A stretch of DNA of 64,000 nucleotides from NCBI RefSeq assembly GCF_963921235.1, contig NC_086097.1, forward strand, positions 108,626,001 to 108,690,000, read 5' to 3'. Positions 26,933 through 37,754 of this stretch are shown here, one piece after another; the stretch's first letter is position 1; every line of letters begins with the position of its first letter. The stretch is from Mobula hypostoma (taxonomy: Eukaryota). The notes below the pieces were generated by a model that saw only the letters and a program-made list of their open reading frames with translations, was not told the origin of the DNA and searched no databases. The position numbers and the translations under genes are program-made.

Positions 26933-27560
26933 AAAATGGTCTTCTGTGCTATAACTGCACTGCTATTCCAAGGAATGTTTTGCTCACCGATATAACCTCC
27001 ATAGTCTGTTCTAATCTAAATCTTGTAGATGTATATTGAAAATAAATGGCCAATGCTTTGCTCCATTTCAGCAATTTATTTAGTTTGAGATCAAACAGTG
27101 ACCATAAATTCTGATAAATCACCAGATGTCCTATCTAACCTGTCTGATGTAGTGTTGCAGTTGATTGAATGTTCTCTGAGGACAAAAATATATATATTGT
27201 TAAGCTTATATTCTTAGGAATGGAAAGTCTGCATTGACAAGGAACAAATATAACGTAAACATAAATACAAGTAACTGTTATTTTTCTTGTTTGGGGATTG
27301 ACAATTCAAAAAATGATCTCACTTCAAGGACTCTTTACCTTGTTAACTCATGTTCTCCTTATCTGTTGCTATTTATTTATATTTGCATTTGCACATTTTG
27401 TTGTTTTCTGCACTCTGGTTGATCTTTCATTGATTCAAAAAGGTCCAAAATGTCCAAAGATCCAAATGTTCATTTATTATTAAAGTCATCTACAACTCTG
27501 AGAATTGCCGTCTCCAGAGAGCCGCGAAACAAAGAAAAACCATTAAAGTCATTCAGAGAG

Positions 27561-27820
27561 AAACATCAAGCCTACCCCTCTGCACAGAAAAGAACGACAA
27601 CCCAATCATCAGCTCCCCAAACCCTCCTCCCCTGCACAAAAAAATCAAACAAAACAGGACAAACACATTGACCCCAAACCCCCCACCCCTGCACAAAACA
27701 TAACAAGAATATTGACCCCAAACTCCCTCCCCCGCACAAAACACAACAAGAACATTGACACCCCCAAACCCCCCTCCCCTGCACAAAAAACAATCCCAAA
27801 AACCCCTCCCCTCACACAAT
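27561..27820. repeat. Degenerate ~40-60 bp tandem repeat, about 6 units
   Basis: Unit core attgacccc-aaaccccc-tcccctgcacaaaa; related units at ~29935-30020. Confidence 0.75.
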
Positions 27821-28609
27821 AAAATGGAAAGGAATGGGCAAAAACACAGAATATAGTAACCATAAGTCTGAAAAACTCCACAGTTCATAAATGCAATAGT
27901 CCAAAGCATAAATGCAGAATCACGGTAACATCCTCCGACATCACCGTAACAGACAGACACCACACAAACGCAGAGTCCTACTTGCCTACCGACCACAACG
28001 AGCCGCCACACAATGACAGACTCCTTCACTGGCAGCAGAGGGGTCGGTCACATCAACAATCCCTGTTATAGTTACGAATCAACGGATTTGCTGAATATTC
28101 TCACCGGAAAATGATTCTCAAAGTTGTATATGGTGACATATATGTACTTTGATAATAAATTTACTTTGAACTTTGAAACATCAAGGCGAATGCATAAGTT
28201 TGGAGATCATTAGGGTGCTACTGCACTCTGCAAAGGACTCCGGGAGGCAGAGGCAGCATGTGCGAAACTTGCGGCAGGCAGGCTGTGGGATGGGGCACAA
28301 GCCGATGTTTGTCATAGAAACAGGCCCTTCAGCCCATCCAGTCCATGCTGAACCATTTAAACTGCCTTGTCCCACAAACCGAAGCCGTCCATCTCTCCCA
28401 TCCATGTACTAACCAAACTTCTTAAATGTTGAAATCGGGGACTCCATTCGCCAATTAAAGCAACGAGGGAGATTGAAACATTGAGGCAAATGTGGAAGGT
28501 GAGCACTGGCTGACTGCCTTTTGATCGCTAAGGATTACTCTGCTACACTACCAGAGAGGGAAAAGCCTGTCATTATGTCCGGAGAATATTATCCAGGTTT
28601 TCTGCATTT

Positions 28610-29225
28610 TGGATATGGATCCTGAAGCTCCTGTATCTCCTTCCCAATGGCAGCAGTGAGAAGAGAGCATGGCCTGGATGGTGCAGGTCCTCGATGATGG
28701 ATGCTGCTTTCCAGTTACAGCGCTCCATGTAGATGTGGTCAATGGAGGGGTGGGCTTTACCTGTGATGGACTGGGTTGTATCCATTATGTTTTGCTGGCT
28801 TTCCCATTCAAGGGCATTGGCATTTCCATTCCAGGCTGTGATGCAGACAGATAGAATACTCTCCATTGCACTTCTATAGAAGTTTGCCAAAGTTTCAGAC
28901 GACATGCCAAAATTGTGCCAACTGCTAAGAAAGTAGAGGCACTGCCATGCCTTCTTTTGTAGTGGGACTTATGTGCTGGTCCCAGGATAGATCCTCTGAA
29001 ATAATAAAACCAAGGAATTTAAAGTTACAGACCCTCTCCACCTCAGATCCCCGAAGAGGAATAACTCATGGACCTCCAGTTTCCTCCTCCTGTAGTCAAT
29101 AATCAGCTCTATGGCTTTGCAGACATTGAGAGTGAGAGGTTGAGGGCACCGTTCAACCACATTTGGCCAACAATAGTGGTGTCGTCAGCAAACTTGAATG
29201 TGGCATTGGAACTGTGCTTAGCCTC
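28610..29225 (-). mobile_element. Rex/Babar-type LINE fragment
   Basis: ANFYRSAMESILSVCITAWNG...HHPGHALFSLLPLGRRYRS. Confidence 0.8.
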
Positions 29226-30062
29226 ATAGCGATCTATTAGTCAATTGCACATTTACACTAATTCCATTCTATTATCCCCACATTCCCACCTAATTCCCCC
29301 AATTCTACTTTTCACCTACGCAACAGAGACGATCTACATTAATGTAACAACCTGTATGTCCATGCAACATGGGAGGATGCTGGAGCAGCCCGTGGAAAAC
29401 CACAGGGGTCACTGGGAGAATATGCAGACTTGACACAGACAGAAACAGAAGGTTAGGATTGAACCTGGGCTGCAGGAACTGAGAGGTAGCAGCTCTACTG
29501 CATTGGAACTGTGTTTGATCTTTAACCAAGCTCTTTATCATCTGTCCTGTTGTGTATTTAATGCAGTATTTCAGTAATATCTGAGTAATATTCTAAATAT
29601 TAATGAGGTTGTCTGACAGCCAGGTTCACTTTCAAGGACTCTTCACAATTCATGTTCTCAATACCACTTCTTTATTTGCACAATTCATCTTCTTTAGCAC
29701 GTTGTTTTTCTGTCAATCTTTGCCTGTTCTTTTTTGTAAATTCAGTTGTATTTCTTCTTTCCATGGAAATGCCTGCAAGAAAATAAATCTCATGGTAGTA
29801 CATGGTAACACACATGTACTTTGATAATAAATTTGAAAAAGGTTTAAAGGTTCATATATTATCAAAGTGTGCACATTTCAGAAATTCTTCTTGTCCAGAT
29901 AGCCATGAAACCAAAAAAGACAAGGAAAACAGCATGATCATCAACCCCAGTTCCCTCCTCCCTGCACAAAAATGGAACAGACACATCAACTCCTAAATCC
30001 CCCTCCTCCACACAAAAAAAATCGAGAAAGATTGGGGTGAAAAACACAAAATATAGACTGCA

Positions 30063-30446
30063 AACATGACAGATGCTGGAAATTCAAGCAACACACACAA
30101 AATGCTGGTGGATCACAGCAGGCGAGGCAGCATCTCTAGGAAGAGGTACAGTCGACGTTTCAGGCCGAGACCCTTCGTCAGGACTATCTGAAAGAAGAGC
30201 TAGTAAGAGATTTGAAAGTGGGAGGGGGAGGGGGAGATCCGAAATGATAGGAGAAGACAGGAGGGGGAGAGATAAAGCTAAGAGCTGGAAAGGTGATTGG
30301 CAAAAGGGATACAGAGCTGGAGAAGGGGGAGGATCATGGGACGGGAGGCCTAGGGAGAAAAGAAAGGCGGAGAGGAGAGCACCAGAGGAAGATGAAGAGC
30401 AGGCAAGGAGTTATTGTGAGAGGGACAGAGAGAGAAAAAAAAGGGG

Positions 30447-30481
<35 letters not shown>

Positions 30482-31138
30482 TAAATAAATAAATAAATAA
30501 ATAAATAAGGGGTAAGAAGGGGAGGAGGGGCATTAACAGAAGTTAGAGAAATCAATGTTCATGCCATCAGGTTGGAGGCTACCCAGACGGAATATAAGGT
30601 GTTGTTCCTCCAACCTGAGTGTGGCTTCATCTTGACAGTAGAGGAGGCCGTGGATAGACATATCAGAATGGGAATGGGACGTGGAATTAAAATGTGTGGC
30701 CACTGCGAGATCCTGCTTTCTCTGGCAGACAGAGCATAGGTGTTCAGCGAAACGGTCTCCCAGTCTGTGTTTGGTCTCACCAATATATAGAAGGCCACAT
30801 CGGGAGCACCGGACGCAGTACATCACCCCAGCCGACTCACAGGTGAAGTGATGCCTCACCTGGAAGGACTGTCTGGGGCCCTGAATGGTGGTAAGGGAGG
30901 AAGTGTAAGGGTATGTGTAGCACTTGTTCCGCTTACACGGATAAGTGCCGGGAGGGACAGCGGTGGGAAGGGATGGGGGGAACGAATGGACAAGGGAGTC
31001 GCGTAGGGAACGATCCCTACGGAAAGCAGAGGGGGGGGAGGGAAAGATGTGCTTAGTGGTGGGATCCCGCTGGAGGTGGCGGAAGTTACGGAGAATAATA
31101 TGTTGGACCTGGAGGCTGGTGGGGTGGTAGGTGAGGAG
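30063..31138 (-). mobile_element. Penelope-like element, 5'-truncated (GIY-YIG + pLTR), 14-bp TSD
   Basis: FTCESAGVMYCVRCSRCGLLYIGETKHRLGDRFAEH GIY-YIG; aaatatagactgca at 30049-30062 and 31139-31152. Confidence 0.93.
30150..30185 (-). ncRNA. Minimal type I hammerhead ribozyme motif in PLE pLTR
   Basis: Minus strand reads agtc-CTGACGA-A-GGGtctcggCCT-GAAAC-GTC-gact. Confidence 0.72.
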
Positions 31139-31571
31139 AAATATAGACTGCAGAGTGCTGAAACACCCAAACGATCTCCAAACTGTAAATCATAGGCTCC
31201 AACAGTTCCAGAATCACATTCAAAACAAAAAACAAATGTAGCAGACATAAAAGAAGTGAAATATGTGGTTTCATGATCTATCCGAAAGATGACAACTGAA
31301 GGAGCATTGTACGCAGACGCCATCAAAATTTATTTTGAACTGTGAAGATTATAAAAGGATATCGGTCAACTGGGAAAGTGGGTGAGAGAGGCAGATGGAA
31401 TTTAACTCAGGCTAACTTTGTGATAAGTACTCATTAGCAAAACTCCATGGAAGTGTAATGCCAGTAGTCCACATGTATAACAGGTGTTGAAATATTGCAT
31501 GAGAAAGCAATCCTTCTTCACCGGGTATCATCTATTGCCACATTTGTACCATTATTGTATTATTTTTGAGA

Positions 31572-32140
31572 CAAAAACGTGAGAGAAAGACTACAGGTGC
31601 TGGAAATCCAAAGCAACATACATAAAATGCTGGAGGAACTTTGCAGATCAGGCATCATCTATGGAAAGAGTAAATGTTTGATGTTTCAGGCCAAGCCCTT
31701 ATTCAGGACTGAGGAGGAAGGAGGAAGATGCTTGAGTAAAAAGGTGGGGTGAGGGGAAGGAGGCTAGCTGGAAGGTGATTGTTAAAGCCAGGTGGTAGGG
31801 ATAGGTCAAGGCTGGAGAAGAAAAAATCTGATGGGAGAGGAGAGTGGACAATATGAGAAAGGGAAGGAAGAGAGGATCCAGGAAAGGTATTAGGTAAGAG
31901 GAAGTAAAAGGTCAGAGTGGGGAATAGAGGAGGGAGGGGGGAGAATTTGATCACCAGAAGGAGATATTCATGCCATCAGGTGGGAGGCTACTCAGATGGA
32001 ATTTAAAGTGTGGCTCCTTCACACTGAGGGTGGCCTCACCTTGGCACGAGAAGGCCATGGATTGACACATCGATATGGGAATTAAAATATTTGGCCACTG
32101 GGAAGTCCCACTTGGGGCAGATGGTGTGGAGGTGATTGAA
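31572..32140 (-). mobile_element. Decayed Penelope-like 3' fragment
   Basis: Similar to 30063-30760 (tgctggaggaact..., catgccatcaggt...). Confidence 0.75.
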
Positions 32141-32978
32141 AGAACTGCCCATTAATGTAATTGTTATGTATCCTTTATCCTTGTCACATATCATGTAAGG
32201 AGAACTAGTTTTAGGAAGAATTGTATACTGCTGTGGAGCTGCACTTTTATAAATCTGATTCCAAAAACAGAGTCACTTATCACTGAATAAAGAAACATAA
32301 TGATAATCTTTACTGTCCTATTAAACAGAACCAACAAATCTAATAAAAATGCATCTGGTCTTTGTGATTGTCCTCATCCAGGTGATTAGGCTATAACTCC
32401 CCCTGCCTTCCCTGATGGCTCACCCCTTATTGTGTATCCTCAAGAAAAGGCCTGATAGCTAAATCAAAAGATTTTAAACAACAGATAACTACACAATTTA
32501 ACTGTGGTTACACAATGAGGAATGTCCTTTGCTGGTTGGCCACAAAATGCTCGTGAGGAATCAGGATATATATGATTAACAAATAGCTCAGGATCTCACA
32601 GGGGCACTTGAAAGGCCCCATAAGTGCACTTCCTGAGTATCCGTTTTTTTGTGGAAGTCTGCAAGGGTACCCATCACCAATCTGCCTGATTCTCTGGCTG
32701 CAGGACAGGCAAATAACATCGTGTCTGCTTGAGTGTACAGCAATGATTAAGATTGGCATTCATAGCAGGTTCTGTCAAAACTCATTAAAAGCAACAATTC
32801 AGTGTAGAAATCTTGATGGAAGTTGGAAGGATGACTTGGCTAAGTGTGAGCAGTTTATGTCAGCATTCACAGGTTGTGACACAGGCTGGTAAATATTGCA
32901 ATTGGAACTTGAGAGGTACTTCAATTAATGAATTACCAGGGGAAAATAAGAGTTAGTAAAAGCTAGTTGATAATCGTG

Positions 32979-33111
32979 AAAACACGAGGAAATCTGCAGA
33001 TGCTGGAATTTCAAGCAATGCACATAAAAGTTGCTGGTGAACGCAGCAGGCCAGGCAGCATCTATAGGAAGAGGTACCGTCGACGTTTCAGGCCAAGACC
33101 CTTTGTCAGGA
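32979..33111 (-). mobile_element. Single PLE pLTR end
   Basis: Matches the arms at 289-384 and 57612-57743; hammerhead core mutated to CTGACAA; imperfect flanking repeat tgataatcgtg/tgataatcatg. Confidence 0.8.
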
Positions 33112-33134
33112 TAATCAAGATGATAATCATGTTT

Positions 33135-36100
33135 ATCAGAAGAGACTGGGGAAAAGGAGGTTGGCTCACAAATAGGGAAAGTTTGTAGCCAGTGCGAGAG
33201 GGAGGATAGGCAGGTGATAGAGAAGGGATGCGCTCAGACCGAAGGTTTGAGATGTGTCTATTTTAACGCAAGGAGTGTTGTGAACAAAGCGGATGAGCTT
33301 AGATCGTGGATCAGTACTTGGAGATATGATGTGGTGGCCATTGCAGAGACTTGGATGGCTCAGGGACAGGAATGGTTACTTCAAGTGCCAGGTTTTAGAT
33401 GCTTCAGAAAGGACAAGGAGGGAGGCAAAACAGATGGGGGCATGGCACTGTTGATCAGAGATAGTGTCACGGCTGCAGAAAAGGTGGACGCCATGGAGGG
33501 ATTGTTTACAGAGTCTCTGTGGGTGGAGGTTAGGAACAGGAAGGGTCAATAACTTTACTGGGTGTTTTTCACAGGCCGCCCAATAGTAACAGGGATATCG
33601 TGGAGCAGATAGGGAAACAAATCCTGGAAAGGTGTAATAATAACAGAGTTGTCGTGATGGCAGATTTTAATTTCACGAATATCGATTGGCATCTCCTTAG
33701 AGCGAGGGGTTTAGATGAGGTGGAGTTTGTTAGATGTGTTCAGGAAGGTTTCTTGACACGATATGTAGATAAGCCTGTATGTAGAGGCTGTACTTGATTT
33801 GGTATTGGGAAATGAACCTGGTCAGGTGTCAGACCTCTCAGTGGGAGAGCATTTTGGAGATAGTGATCATAATGCTATCTCCTTTACAATATCATTGCAG
33901 AGAGATAGGGACAGACGTTAGAAAAGCGTTTAATTGGAGTAAGGGGAATTATAAGGCTATCAGGCAGGAAATTGAAAGCTTAAACTGGAAACAGATGCTC
34001 TCAGGGAAAAGTACGGAAGAAATGTGGCAAATGTTTAGGGGATATTTGTGTGAAATTCTGCACAGGTATGTTCCAGTGAGACAGGGAATTTATGGTAGGG
34101 TACAGGAACTGTGGTGTACAAAGGCTGTAATAAATCTAGTCAAGAAGAAAAGAAAAGCTTACAAAAGGTTCAGAGAGTTAGGCAATGTTAGCGATCTAGA
34201 AGATTATAAGGCTAATAGGAAGGAGCTTAAGAAGGAAATTAGGAGAGCCCGAAGGAGCCGTGAGAAGGCCTTGGCGGACAGGATTAAAGAAAACCCCAAG
34301 GCATTCTACAAGAATGTGAAGAGCAAGAGGATAAGACGTGAAAGAATATGATCTATCAAGCGTGACAGTGAGAAAGTGTGTATGGAACCGGAGGAAATAG
34401 CAGGGGTACTTAATGAATAGTTTACTTCAGTATTCATTGTGGAAAAGGATCTTGGTGATTGTAGTGATGACTTGCAGCAGACTGAAAAGCTTGAGCATGT
34501 AGATATTAAGAAAGAGGATGTGCTGGACCTTTTGGAGAGCATTGTCACGTACCCTGTGACGGGAATAAAGAACCAGCAGAGATGGAAAACACTTTGGAGT
34601 CTACTATTGCTATTAACTACTAATATTTATTAGTAACTACACAATACAGTAATATAAATCTTACAATGTTGAGTAAAGTTCAGTTCAGTTCACTTCGTGG
34701 TATTTAGTTGAGTAGCGATGGAGAGAGAGAGAGAATGAGTTGAGTCTTCAGGTGAGCTGTTGCTGTCGATCTTCTCGTCCTCCGAAATCCTTCACAAGTC
34801 ACCGACTGTGACCTTAACAACAAAGGGGACCGTAATTCGGTGTAGTGGAGCTATCTACCCAGGCAAGGGTCGGACAAATGGACAACTCCCCACCGGTCTT
34901 GCCTTTGAATTTTCACTGGAAGAGCAATTGGATTGATCTGCCTGATCGATGCTCCAAAAACCCACTTTCTCTGCGGGCACAACAATGCTCGTTCAGTGTC
35001 CAGATCAGTGTCTGAGGTCTGTATCATCTGACCTCCTATTTATCTCACCGGGCTGTGCATCACCTGTCATTCAAAGAGTCCCTCCTTCCTTTGTCTGTGA
35101 AGAAATGCAAGCAGGCAACAAGTCCTTGAAAGTAACATCAATAATGTGCTGTCGGTCACCATAGCAACCTTCGAGCTGCTCGGTGCTGTCTCCAAAGTAG
35201 AAATCCAAAGTTACCTCCCGTGCCCTGATGTGACAGTCCAATCGTCAATCTTCATCTCTCTCTCTTTTCAAAACAAACCATCGATGATAAATAACTCTCT
35301 CTTTCTCTCTCAAACAGTTAATAGAGGCACTCCTGGATCCCCTCACTGTGGAAAAGGATCTTAGGGATTGTAGGGATGACTTGCAGCAGACTGAAAAGCT
35401 TGAGCATGTAGATATTAAGAAAGAGGATGTGCTGGACCTTTTGGAAAGCATCAAGTTGGATAAGTCGCCGGGACTGGATGAGATGTACCCCAGGCTACCA
35501 TGGGAGGCGAAAGAGGAGATTGCTGAGCCTCTGGCGATGATCTTTGCATCATCAACGGGGACGGGAAAGGTTCCGGAGGATTGGAGGGTTGCGGATATTG
35601 TTCTGTTATTCAAGAAAGGGAGTAGAGAATGTGACTAAACACATTGATGAAGGAAGAGCAGTAGATGTTGTGTATATGGATTTCAGCAAGGCATTTGATA
35701 AGGTACTCCATGCAAGGACTTATTGAGAAAGTAAGGAGGCATAAGATCCAAGGGGACATTGCTTTGTGGATCCAGAACTGGCTTACCCATAGAAGGCAAA
35801 GAGTAGTTGTAGATGGGTCATATTCTGCATGGAGGTCGGTCACCAGTGGAGTGCCTCATGGATCTGTTCTGGGACCCTTACTCTTCATGATTTTTGTACA
35901 TGACGTGGATGAGGAAGTGGAAGGAATGGTTAGTAAGTTTGCTGATGACACAAAGGTTGGGGGTCTTGTGGATAGTGCGGAGGGCTGTCAGAGGTTACAG
36001 CGGGACATTGATAGGATGCAAAACTGGGCTGAGAAGTGGCAGATGGAGTTCAACCCAGGTAAGTCTGAAGTGGTTCATTTTGGTAGGTCAAATGTGATGG

Positions 36101-36842
36101 CAGAATATAGTATTCTATATTCTTGGCAGACTCTTGGCAGTGTAGAGGATCAGAGAGATCTTGGGGTCCAAGTCCAAAGGACGCTCAAAGCAGCTGCACA
36201 GGTTGACGCTGTGGTTAAGAAGGCGTATGGTGTATTGGCCTTCATCAATCATGGAATTGAATTTAGGGGCAGCTATATAGGACCCTGGCCAGACCCCACT
36301 TGGAGTACTGTGCTCAGTTCTAGTCACCTCACTACAGGAAGGATGTGGAAACCATAGAAAGGGTGCAGAGGAGATTTACAAGGATGTTGCCAGGATTGGG
36401 GAGCATGCCTTATGAGAATAGGTTGAGTGAACTCGGTCTTTTCTCCTTGGAGCAACAGAGGATGTGAGGTGACCTGATAGAGGTGTATAAGATGATGAGA
36501 GGCATTGATCATGTGGATCGTCAGAGGCTTTTTCCCAGGGCTGAAATGGTTGCCACAAGAGGACACAGGTTTAAGGTGCTGGGGAGTAGGTACAGAGGAG
36601 ATGTCAGGGGTAAGTTTTTTACGCAGAGAGTGGTGAGTACGTGGAATGGGCTGCCGGCAATGGTGGTGGAGGCGGATACGATAGGGTCTTTTAAGAGACT
36701 TTTGGATAGGTACATGGAGCTTAGAAAAATAGAGGGCTGTAGATAAGCCTAGTAATTTCTAAGGTAGGGACATGTTCGGCACAACTTTGTGAGCCAAAGG
36801 GCCTGTATTGTGCTATAGGTTTTCTATGTTTCTATATTTCTA
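33135..36842 (+). mobile_element. CR1 LINE spanning most of ORF2, disrupted by an insertion and an internal deletion
   Basis: CVYFNARS...AETW endonuclease through RT to ttctatgt tail; deletion near 35629. Confidence 0.92.
34543..35346. mobile_element. LTR-like insertion (probable solo LTR) within CR1
   Basis: Starts TGTCACG, ends ...ggatcccctcac; non-coding; interrupts the CR1 frame. Confidence 0.6.
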
Positions 36843-37082
36843 ACAAAGTGGTTGAAAACTGAGCCGCAATGGTGGAAACCAACACTATACTATTGATATT
36901 ACTGGTGTGTATTATGGGGAAAAAAGTAGAAATGGAATATTTGAGATTGCTCTTCAGAATTTTCAGTAAAGACTCAGTGGGTTAAATGTCAAATTCTGCG
37001 TTATTCTGTTCTACAGTTAAGATTCTAAATTGCACAAATCAGATGTCTTACCTCAGGCGAGCTCATTCCAATTTCTTCTCCT

Positions 37083-37196
37083 TCACTTGTTTCTTAATCT
37101 GCTTTCTATGTTTTGTAGGCTGCCTTCATCAGCAACACTCCGTCGGAAGTTTGTAAAGTCTGGCCAGAGTTTGAAGAGAATATCAAAAACTGCCAT
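37083..37196 (-). CDS. RGS22: RGS22-like exon ending the RGS domain; in-frame TGA at 37085-37083 (exon continues to a donor after 37052)
   Basis: tttcctctacag| acceptor; MAVFDILFKLWPDFTNFRRSVADEGSLQNIESRLRNK* resembles recalled MTIFGVLFKFWPQFCEFRKN; GAG|gtaaga donor 31 nt after the stop. Confidence 0.8.
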   Translation of the reverse strand: MAVFDILFKLWPDFTNFRRSVADEGSLQNIESRLRNK

Positions 37197-37261
37197 CTGT
37201 AGAGGAAATATCAATGCTTTTGTACATGAGATATTTCTGGATTAAAAGTCAAACTAGATTA

Positions 37262-37568
37262 CTTTTATTTATCCCATTTACATTGAAACATATAGTGAAA
37301 CTTGTGTAAAATCAAATCAGTAAGGATCATGCTGGGCAGCCTGCAAGAGTTGTCACCCTTCCTGCAGCAACATACCATGCCCACAACTCACTAACCCTAA
37401 CCGTTATGTCTTTGGAATGTGGGAGGAAACCAGAGCACCTGGTGGAAACCCGCATGGTCACGGGGAGAATGGTCAAACTCCTGACAGACGGTGGCAGGAA
37501 TTGAACTCCAATCAGTAATCACTGCCGCTACAATAGGATTACACTAAACGCTCTGCCACTATGCTGCC
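37262..37568 (-). mobile_element. tRNA-derived SINE (V-SINE-like)
   Basis: Reverse-complement similarity to 1947-2213 (tctttggaatgtgggaggaaacc, ggaattgaact). Confidence 0.7.
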
Positions 37569-37754
37569 TTCAGATTACTGAAGCACATATATTTCAAAAT
37601 TCCAGATTAGCAAATCAACCTTCGAAATATGTTCAGCTATTATTTGCAATCAGCCATAAACTATGCAATGGAAGTATAAGAGAGAACTTCATAACTGAGC
37701 CATTCAATATGAAATCTTACAACCACTGCACTGAAGTCAAAATTAACTTATTTT

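Noticed and set aside
27140..27175. Possible downstream RGS22 exon (RTFNQLQHYIRQ) with plausible splice sites
   Set aside because: Similarity too short to separate from chance, and it lies after the stop codon
27561..27820. CRISPR-like repeat-spacer array
   Set aside because: Eukaryotic context, degenerate units, no unique spacers and no cas genes
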